Shown: positions 49,290-58,192 of the stretch, piece by piece | Position numbering within the stretch: position 1 is the first letter of the stretch | Layout: the number at the start of each line of letters is the position of its first letter | NCBI RefSeq assembly: GCF_024223415.1 | Contig: NZ_CP100500.1 | Origin: Escherichia coli | Lineage (GTDB): Bacteria; Pseudomonadota; Gammaproteobacteria; Enterobacterales; Enterobacteriaceae | DNA: 64,000 bases | Reading direction: 5' to 3' (one strand) | Notes under the pieces: model-generated | The model's database searches: none | Told to the model about the DNA's origin: nothing | The model's input: the letters and a program-made list of their open reading frames with translations, nothing else | Translations under genes and position numbers: made by a program

Positions 49290-50285
49290 TTACTGGTCGA
49301 TGGACAGTTTATGGACACTTTCAGCCAGCGGATTAAAGCTGATCGCATCCTGTAAAAAGTCCGGTGAAAAATGCGCATACGTCATCGTTTGCTGAATCGT
49401 GGCGTGACCCAGGATCCTCTGCAACGTGACGATGTTCCCGCCGTTCATCATGAAATGCGTGGCGAACGTGTGCCGCATGACATGCGTGGCCTGCCCTTTG
49501 GGTAAGTCGGGCTTCACCTCCTGAAGGATCTCCCTGAAACTGAGATAATCAACCTGATATAACAGGCCGGTCCGGCGGGTTTTAATTAACGGCACAACGG
49601 AATCAGCTACAGGAACCGAGCGCGATTTCCCGTTCTTTGTGTTAAAGAACGTCACCCTGTTACCCACGATGTGTTCCCCGCGAAGCGTTGACGCCTCTTT
49701 CCATCTGGCCCCGGTCGAAAGGCACAGAATGGCAATGCGTCGTGCATCACCCTCAAGCCGTTTCAGAAGGCGATCAATCTCGTCATCTGAAAGAAAGGCC
49801 ATTTCTGTATTCTGAACCTTGAGTTTACGTATTCCGCGCACAGGGTTTTCGTTATGATAAACCTCCGCGTCAATTAACAACGAAAACATCGCAGATAAGG
49901 CGCACAGGTCGCGATTGATACTGGACGGCATCAGTCCCGCCTGCAACTTATCCGAGCGATACTCAATCATGAATTTTCGTGTCATCTGGCTGGCGCGCGG
50001 GTCCCCCATTTCACGTATCACCTTCTCCAGTCTGGTTCTGTAGGTATCACCATATGCCTGATTACGACCATCAAGCATCCACCACACCTCAATCAGTTCT
50101 GATAACCGCCGTTGATCGGCGGGCCTTGCCTGCCACGGGTTATTGTGGAAATTCTGAAGAACGTATCTTTCGAATTCCTGCGCCTTTGATTTCAGGGTGA
50201 AAATCTTACGAATCCGCCTTCCTCCCGCCCCCTGAGGCCTTACATCAACCTGATAACGTCCGTCTTTGAGTTGCTTAATCGACAT
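49290..50285 (-). CDS. int: P2-family tyrosine integrase
   Basis: ORF track 49290..50294; likely start MSIKQLKDGRY behind GGAGG; catalytic region HVMRHTFATHFMMNGGNI...ILGHATIQQTMTYAHF resembles P2 Int. Confidence 0.9.
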   Translation of the reverse strand: MSIKQLKDGRYQVDVRPQGAGGRRIRKIFTLKSKAQEFERYVLQNFHNNPWQARPADQRRLSELIEVWWMLDGRNQAYGDTYRTRLEKVIREMGDPRASQMTRKFMIEYRSDKLQAGLMPSSINRDLCALSAMFSLLIDAEVYHNENPVRGIRKLKVQNTEMAFLSDDEIDRLLKRLEGDARRIAILCLSTGARWKEASTLRGEHIVGNRVTFFNTKNGKSRSVPVADSVVPLIKTRRTGLLYQVDYLSFREILQEVKPDLPKGQATHVMRHTFATHFMMNGGNIVTLQRILGHATIQQTMTYAHFSPDFLQDAISFNPLAESVHKLSIDQ

Positions 50286-50354
50286 GATCAGCACCTCCGA
50301 CGGATAAACCTGTTAACCCCTGCTTACTGAACGCCGCCCGTTCAATATACAGCG

Positions 50355-50696
50355 TCAGCCAGCATTGCGGCCTGATTGGGGTGATTTTTGGGTATTGCGG
50401 GTTGAAACCTGATCGTCCTCCGACTGCGTGGAGCCATCAAGAGAGAGAGCCGGGGCGATCTGACCGGCAACAGGTAGCGTCTTATCTTTGATTAACCAGA
50501 ACATATATTTTTCAAACCGATCCACTTGAAGGACGGCCTCAACAATCTTTGCTCTGGCGATCTTTTGCCCTGACTCATAATTCCTGACAGTTGCCAGAGA
50601 TAACCCTGTAATATCAGCAAATTGCTTTTGAGTTAGCCCTTCCGTCTTGCGTATCAAACGCAACTTTTTCGCATAGTCTATTGACAAGATACTCAT
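50355..50696 (-). CDS. C: P2 C-type immunity repressor (HTH)
   Basis: 113 aa; HTH LTQKQFADITGLSLATVRNYESG; C-terminal GQIAPAL...SPQSG resembles my recollection of P2 C. Confidence 0.8.
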   Translation of the reverse strand: MSILSIDYAKKLRLIRKTEGLTQKQFADITGLSLATVRNYESGQKIARAKIVEAVLQVDRFEKYMFWLIKDKTLPVAGQIAPALSLDGSTQSEDDQVSTRNTQKSPQSGRNAG

Positions 50697-50799
50697 TTGG
50701 GGATTAATCTCCTACAAAAGATAACCGTACGGTTATCTTTACAAGTCATCAAAAATCATCAAAAGGCGCAACAAGCGCACCAATGCAAGAGGATAACAA
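50697..50799. promoter_or_regulatory. Divergent Pc/Pe switch region with operator-like repeats
   Basis: Perfect 18-bp palindrome GATAACCGTACGGTTATC (~50720-50737) and tandem 10-bp direct repeats TCATCAAAAA/TCATCAAAAG (~50746-50765) between C and cox-like starts. Confidence 0.6.
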
Positions 50800-51321
50800 A
50801 TGCGGGAGATTATTGCCGACAAAGAGTTATCTGGCGCTCAACCGGTTCAGGATGATGGCGCGGACAATGAATTCATTGAAGCTGCCAACGACAACGAACA
50901 CCTGGAAACCAAAACCAGACCGTCCTACAAAAAGGGCGCAACCCTACGACTGGACGGCCCAGTCGCAGGACTTGTGTCACTGGAAAAAGGGGCTGCCTAT
51001 CTGGGGGTAACAAAATCTGCGCTACGCGCCGCCATTCAGCGCGGGCAGATGCCGGGTCACAAAACGCGCTCAAATCCCGAAGATGAAAAGTCAGACGGTA
51101 CATGGTGGTTTAACGCCAAAGCCTGGGACGAACTAGCCGACGAACTACTGGAGTGCGAACCGCCAGAGTGGCACAACTGGAAAAGCTACTGGACGTACGA
51201 CCGCAAGAAAAGAAAGTTTTCACCGGCAAACAAGGAGGACTGCCAGACCGTTAAAGGTAAGCAGGTTTACTCCCCCAGAGTTTCAAAACTGGAGCAACTC
51301 AAAAACAACCAGCCCGGCTAA
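50800..51321 (+). CDS. cox: Cox-like excisionase/regulator with N-terminal extension
   Basis: 173 aa, RBS AGAGGA; central HTH LEKGAAYLGVTKSALRAAIQRGQMP and GTWWFNAKAWDELADELLE resemble P2 Cox, which is ~91 aa. Confidence 0.65.
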   Translation: MREIIADKELSGAQPVQDDGADNEFIEAANDNEHLETKTRPSYKKGATLRLDGPVAGLVSLEKGAAYLGVTKSALRAAIQRGQMPGHKTRSNPEDEKSDGTWWFNAKAWDELADELLECEPPEWHNWKSYWTYDRKKRKFSPANKEDCQTVKGKQVYSPRVSKLEQLKNNQPG

Positions 51322-51329
51322 ACACGAAA

Positions 51330-51536
51330 ATGACCAGCAATATCATCAGCGCCATTCTGACACTTGTTTTTATTGAGATAGGCGTAATAGCGATCTATTT
51401 GTTTCGTAAGTTAACGGGACATGAAGAACGCTTTATTGAACTCAGCATTGAATATATCGCCGCTTATACCAAAGGACTTTTCCCGGCAGCTATTGGGGCG
51501 ATGTTTATAGCGTTTGTTATCTGGTTTATCGGGTGA
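51330..51536 (+). CDS. Small hypothetical membrane protein (2 predicted TM)
   Basis: 68 aa, hydrophobic segments ISAILTLVFIEIGVIAIYLF and AAIGAMFIAFVIWFIG. Confidence 0.45.
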   Translation: MTSNIISAILTLVFIEIGVIAIYLFRKLTGHEERFIELSIEYIAAYTKGLFPAAIGAMFIAFVIWFIG

Positions 51537-51787
51537 GAAACCTGATAAACCACAACTACTGCAATGAGGGTAATTATGTGTGGCATGGACAAATTGGACC
51601 TTATGTTAATTGTAATACTATCAATTAACTTCGGTTACCTCTTAAGCGGCGTAATTCTCATGTGCGGAGGCAAACGAAAATGAACCAGCAGTCCGCAAAA
51701 CGTGAACACAATGCGATGCGATTTAATCGCAAATATTTTGAGTTCGCCGCTATGCCGGAATAATTAAATCTGTACAGAGTCTTTAAC

Positions 51788-52126
51788 ATGAAACAGCAAC
51801 GTAATTCACGCTTTCGTAATGGTGCTGAACGTCACGCTAACCGTTTCGCTACCAGTGCATCACGTAGTAACTCCCGCTACAGCCTGAGCGAGACACACGC
51901 AACACCGGGCGGTCATGCTGTAAAACAGACTGGTCAACACACCTGGCTGATTGAGCAGGCCGGACTCGTGATCCACAGATGCCACCGCAATCCGTTTACC
52001 GGAAACCGCATTTTTGCACTGAGCAGCGGCGACAATCAGTTCGGACAGGATTTCACACTGCACGAAGCCTTGCGAACTGCCGACCGCTTAATCGAGGGGC
52101 GCAGCTTTCAGCATACCGACTACTAA
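51788..52126 (+). CDS. Hypothetical early-operon protein
   Basis: 112 aa ORF co-oriented with early operon. Confidence 0.5.
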   Translation: MKQQRNSRFRNGAERHANRFATSASRSNSRYSLSETHATPGGHAVKQTGQHTWLIEQAGLVIHRCHRNPFTGNRIFALSSGDNQFGQDFTLHEALRTADRLIEGRSFQHTDY

Positions 52127-52164
52127 GGCAAAAGGAGTCTTAATAAGACAGAAGAGGCAGCAAG

Positions 52165-52407
52165 ATGAAAAGAGCCTATAAAGAACTCATTAACCACGCG
52201 CTTCAGAATTACCATTACGGACTTACAAGCCGTGGCACTAACGGTGACGCTGTTTCACTTGCAGCACTGACTACAGCAATCAAGGGCCTGACCTGTTGCG
52301 CCTTTGGTTCCGGAGATAATGAAGCTCTGACGGAATTACAGGCCATTAATAAAGACCTGTCTGAAGGAAACGTAATAACCCCCTTTGTAATTCAGGAGGA
52401 AGCATGA
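52165..52407 (+). CDS. Hypothetical early-operon protein
   Basis: 80 aa, RBS-like GGCAGCAAG upstream. Confidence 0.5.
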   Translation: MKRAYKELINHALQNYHYGLTSRGTNGDAVSLAALTTAIKGLTCCAFGSGDNEALTELQAINKDLSEGNVITPFVIQEEA

Positions 52408-52529
52408 GCGTATTTATGTCATGGTTAATTCTTATCCTTGCCATTATTTGCGCTGTGGGGATTATGCGGGTAATTAACAGCATTAACACCATTGAATCGT
52501 TATTTACTGGCGATAAGCGCCGTAAATAA
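52404..52529 (+). CDS. Small hydrophobic peptide (41 aa, 1 TM), hypothetical
   Basis: ATGA overlap with preceding stop, strong RBS AGGAGG; MSVFMSWLILILAIICAVGIMRVINSINTIESLFTGDKRRK; below ORF-track size cutoff. Confidence 0.4.
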   Translation: MSVFMSWLILILAIICAVGIMRVINSINTIESLFTGDKRRK

Positions 52530-52609
52530 ACAGGCGTTTAACACCAGAAACAACCAGAAACATCCGCTCACGCGGAGGGGTTGACCCGCTCAAAAAGGAG
52601 AAATCAGGA

Positions 52610-52903
52610 ATGCTTAATAATAAAAAAAACCGAATCATTGATAACAGTGAACAGGTCAACAAAATAATCGAAGGCACAAACAAATTAATTAAGAAAAAAA
52701 ACAAACTAAGCCGTGAATTAATGGAACATCCGGAAGAAATATTATTAGCCATGATGCACCAGACAGAAGCGATAGCCATCGCCCTTGCCGTGCAGGCGCT
52801 TTCTGAGTTCCGGGAAGAAAACATCAGGCTGGCTCAGGAGCTGAAAAACCTCAGACGTCAGCTTCAGAGCACTGAGGCTGGCACGTCATCACGAATGCAC
52901 TGA
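52610..52903 (+). CDS. Hypothetical protein, Lys-rich N-terminus then helical C-terminus
   Basis: 97 aa, RBS AAAGGAG; 5' half markedly AT-rich compared with neighbours. Confidence 0.55.
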   Translation: MLNNKKNRIIDNSEQVNKIIEGTNKLIKKKNKLSRELMEHPEEILLAMMHQTEAIAIALAVQALSEFREENIRLAQELKNLRRQLQSTEAGTSSRMH

Positions 52904-52913
52904 GGGCCACACC

Positions 52914-53123
52914 ATGACTGCAATTCTGAGAAGACGCAATAAAACGCTTTTTACCGATACATCCGGGATGGAATACGAAGTGGAAAGCAGTGTCATAGCC
53001 ACCACCACCCGATGCCCGGCAGGTGACGAACTGATTTACGTCCACCTGACGGACGGGTCACAGATAACCGTCCTGACAGAGTCATGGCGCGAACTCGAGA
53101 TAATAAGCGAGGTAAGAACATGA
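52914..53123 (+). CDS. Hypothetical early-operon protein
   Basis: 69 aa. Confidence 0.45.
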   Translation: MTAILRRRNKTLFTDTSGMEYEVESSVIATTTRCPAGDELIYVHLTDGSQITVLTESWRELEIISEVRT

Positions 53124-53332
53124 GCAGCAAACACGATACCAACGCACGCAGACCAGGCAAAGAGGCGCGTCACCATATCGCCGTAATGCGCAACCTGCTT
53201 ATGAGTGAAATCGACGATTTTGTGGCAGGCCTGGGGCAACCGGGCGAACCAGCAACACCAGGCCAGATACACAGGGAATTACGCCGCCGCGTGGAAAACG
53301 TCGTGGATTACGTCATAAACCCGAACGACTGA
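53120..53332 (+). CDS. Hypothetical early-operon protein
   Basis: ORF track 53084..53332; preferred start MSSKHDTNARRPGK with ATGA overlap and GAGG RBS. Confidence 0.45.
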   Translation: MSSKHDTNARRPGKEARHHIAVMRNLLMSEIDDFVAGLGQPGEPATPGQIHRELRRRVENVVDYVINPND

Positions 53333-53371
53333 CGGGAACATGGCGAGCGTCAGATGACACACGCAGGGCAC

Positions 53372-53854
53372 TTATCGGGACAAACCGATCGTAATCGCAG
53401 CCATCATCTTTTCAGCGAAAGAGAGAGATTCACGATGACTGATATTCAGAGACATACAGGCTTTGTTGTACGCCACATTTTCCATGCATTCCAGGACAGG
53501 AGAGTCATGCATCTCAAGCTCTGGAAGGCGTGCCAGCAGAGCTTCCGTACTGAGGAGGGCGCTTTTGGTAATCAACTCATTGTAGCGATGGGCATGCTCA
53601 CTCGCCGCCTGCGCACGTTGCCCGAAACGACATATGAAATTACAGGCTCCGAGAACCACCACCACTGCCCCCAGCACCCAGCCGAAATGCCAGCCGGCTA
53701 CGATGAACGCACCCGCCGCAAGGATCAAAATGTTGATGATCGCATCAAGGCGACGATTGAACACCGCCGCGATGCGCTCCAGCCAGTAGCTGTACCAGAG
53801 ACGGAACATGACCTCATCCCGTTCTCTCGATTTTTTACGTTGGTTGTTTTGCAT
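53372..53854 (-). CDS. Membrane protein encoded antisense to the early operon (candidate moron)
   Basis: 160 aa, RBS GAGGG; two clear TM helices (AIINILILAAGAFIVAGW, GWVLGAVVVVLGACNFI); the overlapping + strand ORF 53354..53989 is low-complexity. Confidence 0.55.
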   Translation of the reverse strand: MQNNQRKKSRERDEVMFRLWYSYWLERIAAVFNRRLDAIINILILAAGAFIVAGWHFGWVLGAVVVVLGACNFICRFGQRAQAASEHAHRYNELITKSALLSTEALLARLPELEMHDSPVLECMENVAYNKACMSLNISHRESLSFAEKMMAAITIGLSR

Positions 53855-54088
53855 GGTGTTTTATCCCTCATCGTCATCGCTCTGCCCCTAATCAGCGCAG
53901 AGTGCAGGGTAACCTGGCTCGTGGAATTTTTGCAGCCAGACATCTTTACCCCCGGGCGTGTTGAACAAAGTGTCCGCCAGATCCACTGAACGGCGGATTC
54001 ATCAATGCTAACACGCCCTTCTTTTCCGGTTGAAGGCGAAAAAACCGGACCATTACCCCGACACAAAACAGAACAACGGAGAACAACT

Positions 54089-54643
54089 ATGCCCGCACTT
54101 AAACCTATGGGTGTATCAGGTGTACCACCGAAGCATGTCAGAGCCTGGACACAACAGGAAGATGCTCTACTGGTCGGTTTATACCCCTCCCACACCGTAC
54201 CAGAACTGACAAAACACTTTCAGAGAACCGGGCCAGCAATACGAAGCCGCATCCGTCTTTTGCTCTCTCAGGGGGTTATCCACACCAAACAACCCCCCCT
54301 GAATACAAAAGAACTCAACACGCTCATCAGGAATCGCCACACAAAAACCATCCGGGAACTCGCGAATGAACTGGGGCGCTCGACATCCACGGTGGGACTG
54401 AACCTGAGAAAAAGAGGGTACCGGTTCAGGAAATACGGGGAACTCCACCACAGAGCCAGATACAGCGATCACCTGGTGGAGTTGGTAACTGAACTGCGCG
54501 ATGAACAGGGGATGACATTCAGCGAAATCAGAAAGTACATCCGGGACACGACCGGGATATCCCTTAAAAGATGGGTCCTCGCCCGGCTTTACGCACGATA
54601 TACCGCCGCTGACACCGTGCTTTGCGAACTGCTACCGGACTGA
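54089..54643 (+). CDS. Putative DNA-binding protein with three HTH-like repeats
   Basis: ORF track 54005..54643; start moved to MPALKPMGVSG behind GGAGAA; repeated helix-turn-helix-like segments (..TVPELTKHFQRTGPAIRSRIRLL.., ..TIRELANELGRSTSTVGLNLRKRG.., ..TFSEIRKYIRDTTGISLKRW..). Confidence 0.55.
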   Translation: MPALKPMGVSGVPPKHVRAWTQQEDALLVGLYPSHTVPELTKHFQRTGPAIRSRIRLLLSQGVIHTKQPPLNTKELNTLIRNRHTKTIRELANELGRSTSTVGLNLRKRGYRFRKYGELHHRARYSDHLVELVTELRDEQGMTFSEIRKYIRDTTGISLKRWVLARLYARYTAADTVLCELLPD

Positions 54644-54966
54644 GTAACCACTATGCACACACAAAAAAACCGCTTGCCATGCCGCAATCAGTCAGGTTAC
54701 ATTTCCGCTGCACCTCATAAAACGGGTGCCGGGATTGCAACCCCCGCTGACAAACGAAGCGCACAACCGCGCCAGCGGTTTTTTTGTGCGTACCGTATCG
54801 CCACGTCTTTTTCGCACCAGAATTATGGTGGGGCGTACGGGGCCGACTTCGGTCGGGCCGGTTTCTTCGTTTGCCGGTGGTTGCAACCCTGTACGTCTCG
54901 CCACCCAGAATTGCAACCTCTGGATGGTGAGTATCCAAAAACTCACAAACGAAGAGGCCAAACACC

Positions 54967-55194
54967 ATGGCAAACCGCAAACAACAGCGCGCATACGCTG
55001 CGCGTCGTCACATCCAGACTGAAATCAACCGCAGACTTTCCCGCGCATTCCGCGTCGCGCATATCATGCACATCAATATGCTGCATGAGCGCAGCCACGC
55101 ACTGTCAAACATGTATTCCGCCGCTGTATTCAGCTACCTGGCGGATGACCTGCGCAAGCTGCAGGACCTCATTAACCAGCACTACCACCACTAA
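54967..55194 (+). CDS. Hypothetical early-operon protein
   Basis: 75 aa, basic, RBS GAAGAGG. Confidence 0.5.
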   Translation: MANRKQQRAYAARRHIQTEINRRLSRAFRVAHIMHINMLHERSHALSNMYSAAVFSYLADDLRKLQDLINQHYHH

Positions 55195-55262
55195 TCAACA
55201 TCCCGGAGCCATCCCGCCCCCGTACGCGGGAGGCTTCCGCACGTCCGTTTCCGGAGGTTCTC

Positions 55263-55676
55263 ATGAAGAGCGTTAAGGGACTTTCAGATATTCAGGATTT
55301 TTTTAACTGGATGTGGGCGGTGGATCCACGCCTCGCTTCCCGTCTCAATGACCTGCATGACTATTACCGCCGCGCCTGTAAACAGGCCGCCAGCAGCGCC
55401 ACCACATACGGGAATTTTTCCTTCACCGTTGATGACCGTTACCGCGTGGATGTCAGAGACCAGAACCACAGCATGGTGCTGGGCCTGTTCCACATCAACG
55501 GGTGCGACAGCAGCGTTATCAGCTGGTCATCGTCAGAAATGGTGCTCGTTCTGGAAATGACCACCCACAGCGTGGTCGTGAAAGGGATTAAAACAGCAGA
55601 AGACTTTATCGCTGAATACCAGCGCCTTCTTGTGCTGTACCGGGCTGCATTTGAGAAGGCAACAGCAGGGGAGTAA
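55263..55676 (+). CDS. Hypothetical protein immediately upstream of A
   Basis: 137 aa, RBS GGAGG. Confidence 0.55.
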   Translation: MKSVKGLSDIQDFFNWMWAVDPRLASRLNDLHDYYRRACKQAASSATTYGNFSFTVDDRYRVDVRDQNHSMVLGLFHINGCDSSVISWSSSEMVLVLEMTTHSVVVKGIKTAEDFIAEYQRLLVLYRAAFEKATAGE

Positions 55677-55681
55677 GCGGA

Positions 55682-58192
55682 ATGAGCCATCACCACACGC
55701 ACCTGGCGTACCCGTGGAACGCCCCGCTGCCGGTTATTGATCCTGAGACATTCGGCAGAGCATTACCGCAGAAGCCAACCGCATTACAACGGGCAATCCG
55801 TGACTACCTCACCGAAGACATTCGCACTGAGGCCCGGCTGGATGAAGAAACCGTGGCCTTCCTGACAACCACGGACAAAGGTAAGCAAATTAATTCACAC
55901 CTTCACCGGGACGAAGAGCGGCAGATAAGGCTGGATAAGCTGGCACGACACAGACGCGAAAATCCGCCAACGGCGGTATCGGAGGCGATAGCCGAACTTC
56001 GCACCCTGCCCTCGTTTCTTGCCAGTGTGTTGATCCGTGATCTGGCACGACTGAACCGGAAACAGCAAAGTGCCCGCAGTGAAGGTGTAAAAAACAACAG
56101 CGCATACGTGGCCGATAATTTCGTTCGCCGTGGACTGCGTGCGCGCCTGAAACGTATTGAAAGGGTTAACGACCGCTTTGCAACGCCGGCATTCAAAACC
56201 ACCGTCGTGCGCCATCGCCTTGAAGAACTGCTCACACTGCCGCAACTCACCCGTGACGAAATCCAGCGCATCGCCACACTGACAGCCCAGGCATTCGCCG
56301 CAGAATTTGAACGCATATGTGATGAAGTTCTTGAACGGACAGGCAAGGATAATGACAGCCCGGTTATCTGGCTGCTGGCCTACCAGAAGGTGGCACGCAC
56401 AGCCTTAATTCTGGGCGTGGTCCCGCCATACTGGCCGGAACTCGAAATCAGGCACAACCGACGCACACCGCCGGACCCTGAACGGGTTCCGGGTGCGGTA
56501 CTGCGCATCACCTGCGCGACCTGGTGGAACAACCAGTTACGCCACGTCGCCGATCTCTGGCGGGAGGAGTTACTGCGCGCCGCCGGCAGAGTGTCACGTA
56601 AACAATCCCCCTATATCAGCCATGAGTCACTACTGGAGTTCCGCGAGAAGCGCCAGCGCACCCGTGACTTTCTCAAAAGCTGGGATATTGAAAACGAAGA
56701 CGGCGAGCGCCTGAGTCTGGAGGACGTGTACTGGGCTGGCCTGGGTAATCCACGCAACCGCCGCAATGAAATGATGGTCTGCGTCAGAGGGATGGAGATG
56801 GTGGCCGAATTACGGGCTGACGTCGCATTCTTCATCACAGTAACCACCCCTTCCCGCTTTCACAGCGTGAACGAGAACGGCAGCCTGAACCCGAAATACA
56901 ACGGTGCCACAGTACGAGATGCCAGTGATTATCTGGTTTACGACTTCTTCGCAGCCGTAAGAAAAAAAATAAAAAAAGAGGGGCTGGGCTGGTACGGCGT
57001 GCGAACCGCTGAGCCACACCATGACGGCACGCCACACTGGCATATGCTGGTATTCACTTCCCCGGAGAACGCAGAGCGCATCATCGAAATTATGCGCGAA
57101 GCAGCAATTAAATCAGATCGCCACGAACTGGGGGACGATATTTCACCGCGCTTTAAATGCGAGAAGATAGACCCGGAAAAAGGCACACCGGCAAGCTATA
57201 TCGCAACCTATATCGGTAAGAACCTGGACGCCAGCGCTTTCCACAACAATGATCCGAAAACCGGAAAACCTTACGTTGATGAGGAATCCGGGAAAACCAT
57301 GGCGGAAACCGTGGAGAACGCCATTGCCTGGGCAAGCCTTCACCGCATCCGTCAGTTCCAGTTTTTCGGCATTCCGCCCCGCCAGGTATGGCGTGAACTC
57401 CGCCGCCTTGCAAGCCAGATGGAGCGCAACCCGGCATCACCGAAGCACCTCGATCATGACGATATTGACGCCATTATGGCTGCCGCAGATGTGGGATGTT
57501 TTGCCACCTACATCATGAAACAGGGTGGTGTGCTCATTCCGCGCAACCAGTATCTGGTCCGCACCGCATACGAAACCGCAGACGAAGCCAACGACTACGG
57601 TGAATTCCCTCAACGTATCTACGGAATCTGCGCCCCGTCGCTCGGAGAGCGGTACACCATATGCACCCATCCGGACGAGTGGAAACTGGTTAAAAAAGAA
57701 ACAACACCAGACAACCGCACGGGCGAGGGTTTTGACCTTCAGGGCGACCCCGTCGCCCCTTGGACTCGTGGCAATAACTGTCCCCGGGATGAAAAAACAG
57801 ACAATCACGGACCAGAAAACAGGCAGGACCCCGGACGACTGACGCTTCCCGAAGAGAACCTGGAAAGCTGGCTGAATACGTTAAGCAGGGGCGATCGGAG
57901 AAAACTGCGTAATCAGATTAAAAATCAGCCGTCGGGCGCAAAAACCGGACAAAACGACACCACACCGGCATCTGACACCCCTGTAAGGGTGGGGATTGTC
58001 GTGCCTGCGGATACCGCGACGGACACGCAAATCGCCCGCGAACTTGATGCGCTGGGTGTGCAGTTGCCTGACGCGGCCATCATCTCCGTGCGTAACGGTG
58101 CCCGTGTGCGTCTGGATAACGGGGGAACAGCGTACTGGGATGAGTCAGCCCGTCACATCATCACAGAGCAGCCAGTGGAGGCGGGAGCATGA
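55682..58192 (+). CDS. A: P2 gpA-like rolling-circle replication initiator
   Basis: 836 aa; HUH-type motif TPHWHMLVF and paired tyrosines YIATYIGKN; larger than P2 A (~761 aa as I recall). Confidence 0.9.
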   Translation: MSHHHTHLAYPWNAPLPVIDPETFGRALPQKPTALQRAIRDYLTEDIRTEARLDEETVAFLTTTDKGKQINSHLHRDEERQIRLDKLARHRRENPPTAVSEAIAELRTLPSFLASVLIRDLARLNRKQQSARSEGVKNNSAYVADNFVRRGLRARLKRIERVNDRFATPAFKTTVVRHRLEELLTLPQLTRDEIQRIATLTAQAFAAEFERICDEVLERTGKDNDSPVIWLLAYQKVARTALILGVVPPYWPELEIRHNRRTPPDPERVPGAVLRITCATWWNNQLRHVADLWREELLRAAGRVSRKQSPYISHESLLEFREKRQRTRDFLKSWDIENEDGERLSLEDVYWAGLGNPRNRRNEMMVCVRGMEMVAELRADVAFFITVTTPSRFHSVNENGSLNPKYNGATVRDASDYLVYDFFAAVRKKIKKEGLGWYGVRTAEPHHDGTPHWHMLVFTSPENAERIIEIMREAAIKSDRHELGDDISPRFKCEKIDPEKGTPASYIATYIGKNLDASAFHNNDPKTGKPYVDEESGKTMAETVENAIAWASLHRIRQFQFFGIPPRQVWRELRRLASQMERNPASPKHLDHDDIDAIMAAADVGCFATYIMKQGGVLIPRNQYLVRTAYETADEANDYGEFPQRIYGICAPSLGERYTICTHPDEWKLVKKETTPDNRTGEGFDLQGDPVAPWTRGNNCPRDEKTDNHGPENRQDPGRLTLPEENLESWLNTLSRGDRRKLRNQIKNQPSGAKTGQNDTTPASDTPVRVGIVVPADTATDTQIARELDALGVQLPDAAIISVRNGARVRLDNGGTAYWDESARHIITEQPVEAGA

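Noticed and set aside
53354-53989. 211-aa plus-strand ORF co-oriented with the early operon
   Set aside because: Its translation is low-complexity and Arg/His-rich with no clear RBS, whereas the overlapping minus-strand ORF encodes a coherent two-TM protein. I favour the minus-strand gene but with only moderate confidence.
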